Assembly (NCBI GenBank): GCA_963804645.1
Contig: CAWDRG010000009.1
Location: forward strand, 1,152,001-1,216,000
Direction: 5' to 3'
Origin: an uncultured Bacillota bacterium
Lineage (GTDB): Bacteria > Sysuimicrobiota > Sysuimicrobiia > Sysuimicrobiales > Segetimicrobiaceae
Length of the DNA stretch: 64,000 nt
The notes under the pieces were generated by a model. It ran no database searches. It was not told where the DNA came from and was given only the letters and a program-made list of their open reading frames with translations. The translations under genes were made by a program, and so were the position numbers. Position 1 is the first letter of the stretch. Each line of letters begins with the position of its first letter. This document shows positions 18,933 through 28,716 of the stretch, piece by piece.

Positions 18933-19828
18933 CTACGGGCTCTTGACTTCGACTCCTGCGATCCGCTCGAACACTTTAACCAGCGCGACGGTATCCTCGC
19001 CTTCGAGGCCGAGCCCCCGGGCGAGCGTGAACGACAAATAGGCGCCGGCGGTGACCGGCGTCGGCAGATTGTGCTCCTGCGCCAGCTCCTGCGCGAGGCG
19101 CAGATCCTTGTGGGCTAGGACGATCTGAAAGGCGGCCTCGAACTGACGCTTCAGAATCCGGCTGCCTCGTCCGGGGATCTGGTTGGTGGCCCCGGTGCCG
19201 GCGGCGAGTCCCTCGATCATCCGCTGCGGCTCCAGGCCGGCGCGCACGCCCAGCGGCAGGAGCTCCGCGAGGAGCGCCATCGATGACAGCGACAGCGCAT
19301 TGTTCAGGAGCTTGATGACGTGGCCGGTGCCGGACCCGCCCATGTGCACGATCGTCTGCCCCATCGCCTCGAGCACCGGGCGCACGCGGGCCAGGTCGTC
19401 GGGTGCCCCGCCGACGTAGATCGTGAGCGTGCCCTCGCGCGCGCCGCGAGTCCCCCCGTGATCGGGGCGTCCAGCATCGCGATGTCGCGTTCGCGGAGGC
19501 GTTCGGCGAGCATGCGTGTCGAGGCTGGCCGGCTGGTGCCCATGTCGATGAACACGCTGCCGGGTCGCCCGGCCTCGAGCATGCCGCCGGGCCCGAGGAC
19601 GGCGGTTTCGACCTCGGTCGAGCTCGGAAGACACGCGATGACCACGGAGCAGTCCGCGACCAAGGACGCGAGCGATGGGGCGATCCGCGCGCCCAGCGCC
19701 TCGAGCGCCTGGGCCGGCTCGGGCCGTCGGTGCGCGATCGTCGTCACGTCGAAGCCCTTGCGAACGAGGTTCGCGGCCATGGGCTGACCCATGCGGCCGA
19801 TGCCGATAAATCCGATGCGCTCAGGCAT
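18933..19828 (-). pseudogene. 3-hydroxyisobutyrate dehydrogenase-family NAD(P) oxidoreductase with a 1-nt frameshift
   Basis: N-half (IGFIGIGRMG...LDAPITGG) and C-half (TRGAREGTLTIYVGG...KLLNN...HKDL) lie in different frames and join at the C6 run 19452-19457. Confidence 0.75.
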
Positions 19829-19993
19829 GATGGGTCCGCCGGCGCGTTGGCCGATGCTGCGGCGCGGCGGAGGGCCTCCCTTCGCAAGATCGATCGAACC
19901 CGCGTCGAACGGGGAAGAGTTCGGATCGGACGGGAGGGCTTCCTTCGCACGGGCACGTAGAAGACATTTAGACTGGTGCCCCGGGGGGGACGG

Positions 19994-20767
19994 ATGGCAC
20001 GCACGGCGGATTTCAACTGTGATCTCGGCGAGAGCTTCGGCGTCTACACGATCGGCGAGGACGCCGAGATGATGCCGGTGGTCACGTCCGCGAACATCGC
20101 CTGCGGCGTGCACGGCGGGGACCCCCTCGTCATGGAGCGCACCGTCCGGTTGGCGCTGTCGCACGGGGTGGGCATCGGCGCGCACCCGGGCTTCCCCGAT
20201 CTCGCCGGGTTCGGGCGCCGCGACATGCGCCTTTCGCCGGACGAACTCCGGACGACCCTGATCTACCAGATCGGCGCGCTGTGGGCGTTCGCCCGCGCCC
20301 AGGGGGCGTCGCTGCAGCACGTCAAGGGCCACGGGGCGCTGTACAACATGGCCGCCAACGACGAGGCACAGTCCCGGGCGATCGTGGACGCGGTCGCGAG
20401 CGTGGATCGTTCCCTGATTTTGGTCGCTCTCTGCGGATCGGTCATGGAGCGTGTCGGGCGCGAGGCCGGCCTGCGGGTCGCGGGGGAGGCGTTCGGCGAC
20501 CGCGGCTACCGGCGCGACGGGACGCTGGTGAGCCGGAGCCATCCCGGGGCCCTCGTGACCGACCCGGCGGCGGTGGCGCGCCGGGTGGTGCGCATGGTGA
20601 CGGAGGGCATGGTCGAGGCGGCGGACGGCGGCGAGGTGCGCCTCGCGCCGGACACGATCTGCTTTCACGGCGACACACCCGGCGCCCCGCGCCTCGTCCG
20701 CGCGGCGAGAGAGGCCCTGACCCGCGCCGGCGTCGAGATCGCGCCGCTCGGACAATGGCTGTCGTAG
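19994..20767 (+). CDS. pxpA: 5-oxoprolinase subunit A (LamB/YcsF)
   Basis: DFNCDLGESFG, SANIACG.HGGDP, HVKGHGALYN, ICFHGDTP. Confidence 0.92.
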   Translation: MARTADFNCDLGESFGVYTIGEDAEMMPVVTSANIACGVHGGDPLVMERTVRLALSHGVGIGAHPGFPDLAGFGRRDMRLSPDELRTTLIYQIGALWAFARAQGASLQHVKGHGALYNMAANDEAQSRAIVDAVASVDRSLILVALCGSVMERVGREAGLRVAGEAFGDRGYRRDGTLVSRSHPGALVTDPAAVARRVVRMVTEGMVEAADGGEVRLAPDTICFHGDTPGAPRLVRAAREALTRAGVEIAPLGQWLS

Positions 20768-21660
20768 AGTCTCCGCGCGCCGTGTGGATCGATTGGGGCC
20801 GCACGATCGCGTACATCGACCACAGCGGGAGCGAGCTGGAACGTGCGCGCCTGCGGGGCATTCTCGGCCGGCCGCGTCCCGACGCGAAAGTGATTCGCGG
20901 CCTCGAGGCCCGACAGCGCGACGACGGCGGTTTTCCGTACGGCTTCGTGCAGGGACGGCCGTCCACGGTCGACACGACGGCGACTGCGCTCGCGTGGCTC
21001 GACGACCTGGGGCTGTTGGACAGCCTCCACGCGGAGCGCGCGCTCGTGTTCCTCGTGGCGGCCCAGCGCCCCGAAGGGGCGTGGGACGAGCCCGCCGCGC
21101 TGTTCCGGTACAGCCCGCCGCCGCAGCTCGTCCCCGGAGATCTCCGGGTGCGCGTGGCCTCGACCGCGCTGGTCGGCTACTGGCTCGCGCGCGCCGGGGA
21201 GCGCGGCGACACGGTGATGCGCGCGGCGGCGTACCTCCGGACGCATCAGGCGCCGAGCGGCCGGTTCGCCGGGTTCCTGCGCGCCACGTGGCTGGCGGCG
21301 GCGCTGTTCCACATGGTGGAGGGACCGGGGGCGGCGCCGGTCGTGCGGGCGTTCGACGCGCTGGCCGCCGTCTCGCCGGATCACTGGCGGCCGGGCGCGC
21401 TCGCGCAGGCGCTCGGCGTCCTCGGAGACGCCGGCGTGGGCGCGGACGTGCTGTTCGTCGCCGACAGCCTGACGCGTTTGTGCGCCGCGTGCCAGCCCGA
21501 CGGGTCGTGGATCTCCGAGGACGGCGACGCCTATCACGTCGAGGTGACGCTGCACGCGCTCCGTGCGCTGCTTCGCTACGCTGGAACGGCCGGGGGAGCC
21601 GAGCGCGCCGGCGCCGGCGTGGCGGAGGCAAACTCTTCTCTCGAGGGGACGATCCGATGA
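20755..21660 (+). CDS. Prenyltransferase/squalene-oxidase (QW) repeat protein
   Basis: Four QxxDG/EG.W/F-like repeats: QRDDGGF, QRPEGAW, QAPSGRF, QPDGSW. Confidence 0.7.
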   Translation: MAVVESPRAVWIDWGRTIAYIDHSGSELERARLRGILGRPRPDAKVIRGLEARQRDDGGFPYGFVQGRPSTVDTTATALAWLDDLGLLDSLHAERALVFLVAAQRPEGAWDEPAALFRYSPPPQLVPGDLRVRVASTALVGYWLARAGERGDTVMRAAAYLRTHQAPSGRFAGFLRATWLAAALFHMVEGPGAAPVVRAFDALAAVSPDHWRPGALAQALGVLGDAGVGADVLFVADSLTRLCAACQPDGSWISEDGDAYHVEVTLHALRALLRYAGTAGGAERAGAGVAEANSSLEGTIR

Positions 21661-21995
21661 GTGAGCAGGTCGTGAAGGAGCTTCAAACCGTCGTCAGCGC
21701 GGCGATCGAAGAGCGGCGCGGGCTCGTCGTGTACTCTCGGCTGGAGCCGGTGGAGGTCGACCGGCTGGCCCGTAAGATTGAGCGGGACACGCTCGAGAAA
21801 GTGCAGGGTCTCCTGCCGGAGGAGACTCTGGATCAGCGGGTGCTCGGTCTGCGGAACCGGCTCAAGCGGATGCAGGACGAGTTGGAGCAGCTGGGCGAGT
21901 TGGGGGACATCCGGGAGCACAGCCGGAGCTTGCAGACGGACGAAATCTTATGGCAGACCTTCGAGGACGTGGCCTGGATGCTCGGCGTACAGTAG
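21657..21995 (+). CDS. Hypothetical coiled-coil protein
   Basis: MSEQVVKELQ...; ATGA overlap; protein-like composition. Confidence 0.7.
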   Translation: MSEQVVKELQTVVSAAIEERRGLVVYSRLEPVEVDRLARKIERDTLEKVQGLLPEETLDQRVLGLRNRLKRMQDELEQLGELGDIREHSRSLQTDEILWQTFEDVAWMLGVQ

Positions 21996-22007
21996 GGTCG
22001 GGGTGCC

Positions 22008-22379
22008 TCAGCGGCGCCTGCCGCCGCGCTTCGCCTCCGTGTTGCGCTTCAGGTCGAGGAGCCGCTCCTCGCTTTCCTTCATGAACCGGGTGAGCTTTTC
22101 CTCGAACGTGGCTTTAGATCGCGCGCGAGCCTGCCGCTCCGCGGGGTCGAGCGCCTGCTTGACGGAGAGATCAAGCTTGCCCTTGTCGTTGTAGCCGAGC
22201 ACCTTGACCTTAATGCGCTCCTGCTCTTTCAGGTAGTCGCGCACGTCCTTGACGTAGGTGTCGGCGATCTCAGAAATATGGACGAGCCCGCTTTTACCGT
22301 CTGGCAGTTCGACGAACGCACCGTAGTGGGTGATCTTTACGACGACGCCCTCAAGAACCGTGCCTGCTTCCAAGCTCAT
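22008..22379 (-). CDS. S1 RNA-binding domain protein (YabR/YugI-like)
   Basis: YGAFVEL..GKSGLVHISEI, FEEKLTRFMKESEERL.DLKR.TE.KRGG. Confidence 0.92.
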   Translation of the reverse strand: MSLEAGTVLEGVVVKITHYGAFVELPDGKSGLVHISEIADTYVKDVRDYLKEQERIKVKVLGYNDKGKLDLSVKQALDPAERQARARSKATFEEKLTRFMKESEERLLDLKRNTEAKRGGRRR

Positions 22380-22420
22380 ACTTTCAGCCTGATCCTCCCC
22401 AGTCTAGAGACGCAGAGCGT

Positions 22421-22450
22421 ATTATACCGAGGCCCGGGTAGGGGTGTCAA
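22421..22450 (-). promoter_or_regulatory. Consensus sigma70 promoter of the S1 gene
   Basis: TTGACA-N18-TATAAT on the minus strand. Confidence 0.75.
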
Positions 22451-22633
22451 GGATGTGTAACGCGCGCCAACGGTGAGGAATAGGACCCGGCAGGCCGGGC
22501 ATCCGGGAGCGGGTTGGGAACGCCGGAAACAGCGTGATGGAGAGTGGGCTCGAAGCGATCGGCTTCGAGAGGGTGAAGAGCGCAGCGAGCACAGCGAGTG
22601 CGAGAGCCGGAGCAGCCACCAGCGCCCCGGTGT

Positions 22634-24091
22634 TTAGGAGGTATCGAAGCGGATTTGGATGGCGGGTCTCGACTCCTCGGGAAGCAGGTGATGGCGCAGG
22701 TCCTCGAGGAGCCGGCGGGCGATGTTTTTGAGACTGCCAAACAGTGCCAGCGGCGTTTTGCCGTGCCGCTGGGCCAGATGCTGAAGCAGACTCCCCCGCT
22801 CCAGTAGTTGCAGCATCATGTGTGCGATCTGCAGGAGATAGTAGTAGGCCTTGATCAACTCCGGATCGGTGCTGTAGGGATGCTCCAAGTTCAGCTCGCT
22901 GTTTTTTTGGACATTGAATCCCGCCTCAATCGTCCAGCGACGTCGCCCCCCTTTCATCGCGATTTCCACGACCGTCTCCCGAGTCACCGGCAGGTTCGTC
23001 ATCCACACGAACGTCGTCGTGGTGTCCTTGACCGTCTCCTCGCACAACAAGGCGTTGAACCGGTACGGGCGCCGGTGCGCATCCTCCGCCGTCATCCCCG
23101 TCGCCCATCGGTACGCCTGCCGCGTGCCATTCGGCAGGGTCAGCCGCAGGACGTGCTCCGGGCACAACGCCAACACGGCCTGAAACTCGGTCCAAGCAGT
23201 CTGCGCGTTCCCCGCCTTGAACGTGAACACATAGCTCCAGCCCTGGGCTTCGACCAACCGCACGGCCGGCGCACACGCATACAGCGCGTCACTGGTCACA
23301 CACAAGGCCGTCTGGGGATACGCCTCCCGCAGGCTCGGTACCAGGCGGCGAAACGCGGCCAGCTCGCAGTCTTGCTTCCATGAGTCCAGGTCGCGCCCCG
23401 CCCGCGCCGGCCGATCGGCGTTCTCGATAAACGCCGTCCCCATGGACAGCCCGAGGCCGCCGGGCCCGAGGAGTTTCGCCTCTTCGACCATGTGCAGATA
23501 CACGTCGTGGGTCGCATGACGCCGCACCAAGCACTGGGGACAATGCTCCGTGCGAAAGTGGAGATGGCCGGTCCCGTCGATCGCGACCACCACGCGCCCC
23601 AGCAACCGCGCCGCATCCAGGACTTTCATCCGGAGGAGCCGCCGGATCATCTGCGTCCGCAGCGCCGCCAGCGGCGCGCTCCCCACATGCCCCAAGAAGT
23701 GATCCAACGTGTCGTGCACCGGCAAGGTCGCTTGCTGCGTGCCGGCGAGCCGATTGACATTGCCCAGCACCTGCGTCGTCGCATCGCGTAAGTCAAAGTC
23801 CAACTGGCGCCGGCTGCCCAGCTTGCAGCAGAACAGCAACACCCCCCACCAGGCCAGAAACTTCTTGTCGTACTCGATGAACGGCACATATCGGGTGTCC
23901 GGCAGCGCATCCAGCCACTGATTGAGCGCCGGCCAGAAGTGCTGGACCGTCCGCCGAAAGGCGGAGCTCAGCGTCCCGTGGATCGACCCGCCCGCTGCTT
24001 CCGGGCGCGGACGTGGCCCCGGATCCGCGCCAGCGCTAGCTCCGTGCTCTCCTGGATCACCTGGCGCAGCCGCTGGTATTCGTCGACCCAT
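22634..24091 (-). CDS. DDE transposase (IS4-superfamily/ISAs1-like); true start probably near 23971
   Basis: AIDGT, SDALYA, RRWTIEAGFNVQKN (D-D-E with R..IE...K signature). Confidence 0.85.
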   Translation of the reverse strand: MGRRIPAAAPGDPGEHGASAGADPGPRPRPEAAGGSIHGTLSSAFRRTVQHFWPALNQWLDALPDTRYVPFIEYDKKFLAWWGVLLFCCKLGSRRQLDFDLRDATTQVLGNVNRLAGTQQATLPVHDTLDHFLGHVGSAPLAALRTQMIRRLLRMKVLDAARLLGRVVVAIDGTGHLHFRTEHCPQCLVRRHATHDVYLHMVEEAKLLGPGGLGLSMGTAFIENADRPARAGRDLDSWKQDCELAAFRRLVPSLREAYPQTALCVTSDALYACAPAVRLVEAQGWSYVFTFKAGNAQTAWTEFQAVLALCPEHVLRLTLPNGTRQAYRWATGMTAEDAHRRPYRFNALLCEETVKDTTTTFVWMTNLPVTRETVVEIAMKGGRRRWTIEAGFNVQKNSELNLEHPYSTDPELIKAYYYLLQIAHMMLQLLERGSLLQHLAQRHGKTPLALFGSLKNIARRLLEDLRHHLLPEESRPAIQIRFDTS

Positions 24092-24330
24092 GCGCGAACC
24101 TCAGCCACCAGCTCGACCGGGACATAGGTGGTCTGGGTCTTGCCGTCGACCGAGCGCGTCAGGTAGTGCCCCACGTGGAGCGCCCCCTGCGCGCAGTGGC
24201 ACCCCGGCCGGCCGCAGCGCCGCGCGATTTGCACCAAGCTCGCCGCCAGCACCGGCCCGCGGGCCTGTAATTGCTTGACCCGCGCGTCGAGCTGGCGACG
24301 CTGCAGCGTCGGGTGGTCCCGCATGCGCAT
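23968..24330 (-). CDS. DUF6788-like Cys/His accessory protein of the IS
   Basis: RRCGRPGCHCAQGALH.GHYLTRSVDGKTQTTYVP. Confidence 0.75.
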   Translation of the reverse strand: MRMRDHPTLQRRQLDARVKQLQARGPVLAASLVQIARRCGRPGCHCAQGALHVGHYLTRSVDGKTQTTYVPVELVAEVRAWVDEYQRLRQVIQESTELALARIRGHVRARKQRAGRSTGR

Positions 24331-24698
24331 GGTTCATTCCCTTCGACACCACGCCCCGCGCCCCCACCCCGCGCGCCGCCGAGGATGCCTGCTAAGCGAT
24401 CCACTATTCAGTATTGACCCCTGAAATTCCTGCTGCGAAGAAAATAATTGGCGAGAAACCGCCTGGGGACACGCATCGTCGCGGACGCGTGCTGCTAACC
24501 GCTTACCGCGGGGGGGCGAGGTGCGACGAATTCTTATTCTTCAGGGCTGAACGCGCGCCCGGGGCTCCCGCCGTCGGAGCGGGCGGCCGCCTGCCGCGTC
24601 AACCGGACGACGGGTCCTGGTAATCGGGCTGGCGCGTGTGCGGCACGCCGCCGACGCTCGCGAACCCTCGGCGACGCCGGCACCGGCCAGACCCCGAG

Positions 24699-25112
24699 CT
24701 ACGGGGCCATGGTGATCATCCATGAGACCCCGAAGCGGTCGTCCACCATGCCGAACCGCGGCGAGAAGAACGTCTTGGTCAGTGGCATTTGCACCTGCCC
24801 GCCGTCGGCCAGCGCCGCGAACAATCGCTCGGCTTCGGCCTCGGTCGCGCACGTGAGCGTCAGCGCGAACCCCTCGAAGTTGGGATGCCCGAGGCACCGA
24901 CCATCTGACGCCAGGACGATCGTGTCGCCGATGCGGAGGTTCATGTGCATCACCTTGTTCTCCGCGCCGGGCGGCACCATGCCCTGGTCCTGGGGACCGG
25001 GGAAGTCCTTGAAACGCATGAGCATCGTGACTTCGGCCCCCAGGGTGCTGCCGTAGAACTCGGCGGCTTCCTCGCACCGCCCGTCGAAGAACAGATACGT
25101 TTGCAGCTGCAT
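24699..25112 (-). CDS. VOC family (PhnB-like) protein
   Basis: YLFFDGRCEEA..FY, VMH, FGMVDDRFGVSW. Confidence 0.88.
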   Translation of the reverse strand: MQLQTYLFFDGRCEEAAEFYGSTLGAEVTMLMRFKDFPGPQDQGMVPPGAENKVMHMNLRIGDTIVLASDGRCLGHPNFEGFALTLTCATEAEAERLFAALADGGQVQMPLTKTFFSPRFGMVDDRFGVSWMITMAP

Positions 25113-25205
25113 CGCGGTACCTCCGTCTGGGTTGACTTGCGACTCTACGATCCACGCGCTTCCCGAGGCCGTCGGGCGGCCGCGAACACGCGTCGTCGTT
25201 CGGCC

Positions 25206-25619
25206 CTACGGTTCGAGGGAGAGCGAGCGACCGAGCGGCGCGCTGTGCCGCGATCTGGCATGGGCGGGCGTGAGCCGCCAGCGGCCGTAGGCGACAAACG
25301 CCGACAGGAGTCCCACCGCCAGCGGAAACATCGCCGGCGCGGTCCCGGCGTTCCAGAGCGTGAACGCCGTCGCGCCGATCATGACGATCAGCAGCCCGGC
25401 GGCGGCCAGCGGTGTCAGGGCGGGGCGGATGCGCAGCACCCCCGGCAGGATCAGGCCGATCGCGCCGAGCAGTTCGGCCGCGCCGATGGACCGCACCAAC
25501 GGGCCCGGCAGCGGCATCTGTTCCGTCAGCATCTTGAGCGGCATAACCAGCTTGACGCCGCCTGCGAGGACAAAGACGAGCGCCAGCAGTCCCTGCACGA
25601 TCCACAATGCGCGGTTCAT
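25206..25619 (-). CDS. DoxX-like membrane protein
   Basis: MNRALWIVQGLLA..F..AG..KL, ELLGAIGLILP. Confidence 0.8.
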   Translation of the reverse strand: MNRALWIVQGLLALVFVLAGGVKLVMPLKMLTEQMPLPGPLVRSIGAAELLGAIGLILPGVLRIRPALTPLAAAGLLIVMIGATAFTLWNAGTAPAMFPLAVGLLSAFVAYGRWRLTPAHARSRHSAPLGRSLSLEP

Positions 25620-25765
25620 CGGCCGTCTCCTTGGCGCCTCACCGTCGTGCGCGGACACAAGGTGAGGAGAATAGGTTCCTCGATCGTGCGATGGTGCCGC
25701 AGCTCGGCGAGCGTGTCCGTCTCTGCGACGCGCGTGACGGGGTCGGCCATCTGGGTCGTCCCGTG

Positions 25766-26728
25766 TCAGGCGCGCGCGAGGTAGTCCGCGAGCTGGTCCA
25801 GCGTGCCCCCGAAGCCCCGCTGCATCGAGTCGTGCCCCGCTTCGAACGCACGGTGCTGCGATGCGGTCGCCTCGATTGGGCGTCCCCGCAGCGTGACCGT
25901 CGTCTTCCCGGCGTGCTCGGCGAACGTTACCGTGGTCAGGACTTGCAGCGGCCAGTCTTGATTGAACGGCGCTCGGATCGTGTTCCCCAGCGCATCCGAA
26001 AATGAGTTCACCAGCACGATCCGTTCGGGCGCGTGGATCTCTCGGTACACGAATTTCCCCCACATCTCCTGGCCGTTCGGGGCGCGCATACAGTAGTGCA
26101 GCATGCCGCCCGGGCGCAGATCCAACGTGGCCGAGACCCACGTGAAGCCCTTCGGCCCCCACCAGGCCGCCAAGCGGTCGGTTTCGGTCCATGCCTTGAA
26201 CACAAGGTCGCGCGGCGCGTCGAAGACGCGCGTGAGGGTGAACTCCCGCTCGCCGGAGTGGTCGGCGGTCATCGCGGCGAGGCGCTCCTGCAGGCGGCCG
26301 AGTGTCTGATTCAGGCCTTCGATGGCGCCGTACTGCTTCACCGCCGCCTCGCGCTCCGCGGCCGTGCCGAAGAGCATCCGGACGCTGACCGTGGTCCGGC
26401 CGCCCTCTTCGGCGAACGTCGCCGTCACCTGAAAGGCCGGCGATACGTGCGCGTAGACCAGGCGTTCCGGTGTCACGATCTCGCGATAGACGACCTCGTT
26501 GGGATAGTCGACGCCGTCCGGGCCGTGCATAATGAACCGCCACGCGCCGCCGGGCCTCACGTCCATCTCATGGATCGTGACGGTAAAGCCGTTCGGTCCC
26601 CACCAGTGCGCGATGTGGGCCGCATCCGTCCACATCTGGAACACGAGGGCGCGCGGCGCGTCGAAGACGCGCGTGGCGACGATCTCGCGATCGGCGGTGC
26701 TGTCGATCGGATCGCGTATGGTGGCCAC
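25766..26728 (-). CDS. Tandem SRPBCC (Aha1-like) domain protein
   Basis: Two repeats of TRVFDAPR.LVF..WT...WWGP.GF; GGAGG SD. Confidence 0.85.
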   Translation of the reverse strand: MATIRDPIDSTADREIVATRVFDAPRALVFQMWTDAAHIAHWWGPNGFTVTIHEMDVRPGGAWRFIMHGPDGVDYPNEVVYREIVTPERLVYAHVSPAFQVTATFAEEGGRTTVSVRMLFGTAAEREAAVKQYGAIEGLNQTLGRLQERLAAMTADHSGEREFTLTRVFDAPRDLVFKAWTETDRLAAWWGPKGFTWVSATLDLRPGGMLHYCMRAPNGQEMWGKFVYREIHAPERIVLVNSFSDALGNTIRAPFNQDWPLQVLTTVTFAEHAGKTTVTLRGRPIEATASQHRAFEAGHDSMQRGFGGTLDQLADYLARA

Positions 26729-26798
26729 TGTTTTTACCTCCGTGGGAGCTCGTGCAGGAGCGCGCCAGGGCGATCCGCGCACGGCACCGGGGCCTGAC

Positions 26799-27290
26799 TC
26801 ACGCCGCGGCGAGATACGTGTCGAGCCGCTCCAACTGCTGCGTCCATCCCGCTTCCGCCCCGCGCAGGTGCGGCGCGCCCTCGGGGGTGGCCGAGAGCAC
26901 ATGGGCCGTGACCGTGAGCGTCGTCGTGGCGCCGTGATCGGCGAACGTCACCGTGTGCCGCACGGCAAACAGAGGGCGCCCGGTCCCGTCGAGCGCGCTG
27001 CCGACGAAGACGATCCGCTCGGGCTCCACGATCTCCTCGTACGTGCCGCTCATCGGGTACACGGTACCGTCGGGCCCACGCATGTGGATGCGCATGGCAC
27101 CGCCGGGCCGCACATCCAGCTCGCAGACGGGGTTCGTAAAGCCGCGCGGCCCCCACCACTGCGCCACGCGCGCGGGATCGGTCCACGCCTGGAACACCAG
27201 GCTGCGCGGCGCGTTGAACGTCCGCGAGAGAACGAGATCAGGCGTTCCCTCGTTTGCCGCGCGGTGTGCGGCGGCGTCCTTTGCCGGCAT
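26799..27290 (-). CDS. SRPBCC domain protein
   Basis: SRTFNAPRSLVFQAWTDP...WWGPRGF...DVRPGG. Confidence 0.85.
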   Translation of the reverse strand: MPAKDAAAHRAANEGTPDLVLSRTFNAPRSLVFQAWTDPARVAQWWGPRGFTNPVCELDVRPGGAMRIHMRGPDGTVYPMSGTYEEIVEPERIVFVGSALDGTGRPLFAVRHTVTFADHGATTTLTVTAHVLSATPEGAPHLRGAEAGWTQQLERLDTYLAAA

Positions 27291-27636
27291 GCTGCTGCTC
27301 CTTTCTCTGCACTTCGCGGAGATAGTCGTCCAGACGATCGAAGCTTTCCGTCCAGAACCGACGGTATGGTTGTACCCAGTCCGCCACGTCCTTCAACGGG
27401 CCCGCGTCGAGCCGGCACGGCCGCCACTGTGCCTCGCGGCCGCGCGCGATCAGCCCGGCCCGCTCGAGCACCTTCAGGTGCTTGGAGACGGCGGGCATCG
27501 TGATGTCGAACGGCCGCGCCAGCTCGGTCACGGAGGCCTCCCCCGCGATCAGGCGCGCGAGGATCGCGCGCCGGGTCGGATCGGCGAGCGCCGCGAACGT
27601 GGTGCTCAGAGGGTCGGTCGACATCGTGTTGTTCAC
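27238..27636 (-). CDS. ArsR/SmtB family regulator (SRPBCC-associated)
   Basis: FAALADPTRRAIL...AVSKHLKVLERAGLI.RGREAQWRPC. Confidence 0.9.
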   Translation of the reverse strand: MNNTMSTDPLSTTFAALADPTRRAILARLIAGEASVTELARPFDITMPAVSKHLKVLERAGLIARGREAQWRPCRLDAGPLKDVADWVQPYRRFWTESFDRLDDYLREVQRKEQQHAGKGRRRTPRGKRGNA

Positions 27637-27689
27637 CAGTTGGATATATAACCTATTGGTAAAGTACGCGAAACGGGACGGTTTGTCAA
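27634..27689 (-). promoter_or_regulatory. Promoter and probable ArsR operator
   Basis: TTGACA-N17-TACTTT followed by imperfect palindromes TTACCAATAGGTTA and TATCCAACTGGTGA. Confidence 0.65.
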
Positions 27690-27735
27690 GGGGCGTGTGC
27701 GTTCTAGATCATTGACGCCGCCGTGCGCACCGCCG

Positions 27736-28716
27736 TTAGGGGCGCGCCTCGTGACAGGCGACCCAGTGATCTGGCGCGAGCTCCCGCAGCTCCGGGGCCT
27801 CGGAGAAGCATCGGTCGACTTTCCACGGACACCGGGGGTGGAACCGGCAGCCGCCGGGCAGGCGGACCGCGCTCGTCGGCTCGCCGCGGATGTCCACCGC
27901 GGTCTGGGTCGCGCCGGACACCTCGGGGATCGCCGAGAGCAGGGCCAAGGTATAGGGGTGGCGCGGACGGGCAAACAGGTCCGCGGCGGGCGCGTGTTCC
28001 ACGATCTTGCCGAGGTACATCACCGCGACCGCGTCGCTCAGGTACCGGACGACCCGCAGGTCGTGCGAGATGAAGACCATGGTCAGCCCGAGCGAGCGCC
28101 GCAGATCGAGCAGCAGGTCGAGGATCTGCGCCTGGATCGAGACGTCGAGCGCCGAGACCGGCTCGTCGGCGATAAGCAGTTCGGGTCCGACGGCGAGGGC
28201 GCGGGCGATCCCGATCCGCTGCCGCTGTCCTCCGGAGAACTCACCCGGATACTTCCGCGCATCGGTCGGCCGCAGCCCCACCTGGGTGAGGAGCCGGGCG
28301 ACCCGCGCTGGCCGCTCCGGCGGAGCGGCGATGGCGTGGACCGTCAGCACCTCGAGCAGCGCGCTGCCGACCGTCTGCCGCGGATCGAGCGACGAGTACG
28401 GATCTTGGAAGACGACCTGCATGCGCTTCCGGTACGGCAGCAGGTCGCGCTCGTCGAGGCCCGCGAGGTCGACGCCCTCGAACCACATCTCGCCCGCGTC
28501 GGGGCGATACAACCGCAGCACGCACCGCCCGAGGGTGCTCTTGCCGCAGCCGGACTCGCCCACCAGTCCGAGCGTGTGCCCGCGGTCGAGGTCGAACGAG
28601 ACCCCATCCACCGCGTGAACGCGCTCCGGGGTCCGGCGCCGCAGCAGATCGAGCGGACCGCGCGGCAGCGGAAAGTGCTTCACGAGGTTACGAACGCTGA
28701 GCAGCGGCTGCGGCAC
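27736..28716 (-). CDS. Oligo/dipeptide ABC transporter ATP-binding protein (OppF/DppF)
   Basis: [27 protein letters not shown]-terminal CRFHPRC. Confidence 0.92.
   Translation of the reverse strand: MPQPLLSVRNLVKHFPLPRGPLDLLRRRTPERVHAVDGVSFDLDRGHTLGLVGESGCGKSTLGRCVLRLYRPDAGEMWFEGVDLAGLDERDLLPYRKRMQVVFQDPYSSLDPRQTVGSALLEVLTVHAIAAPPERPARVARLLTQVGLRPTDARKYPGEFSGGQRQRIGIARALAVGPELLIADEPVSALDVSIQAQILDLLLDLRRSLGLTMVFISHDLRVVRYLSDAVAVMYLGKIVEHAPAADLFARPRHPYTLALLSAIPEVSGATQTAVDIRGEPTSAVRLPGGCRFHPRCPWKVDRCFSEAPELRELAPDHWVACHEARP

Larger units (their letters stand above)
22468..24549 (-). mobile_element. Insertion sequence (2082 bp): DUF6788-like ORF plus DDE transposase
   Basis: Imperfect 18-bp TIRs CAACGGTGAGGAATAGGA / CAGCCCTGAAGAATAAGA (13/18); flanking 9-bp direct repeat AACGCGCGC at 22459-22467 and 24550-24558. 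Confidence 0.85.

Noticed and set aside
22637..22660. Transposase C-terminus QIRFDTS as a clamp-binding motif
   Set aside because: Only a loose match to QL[S/D]LF; too weak to claim without an alignment.
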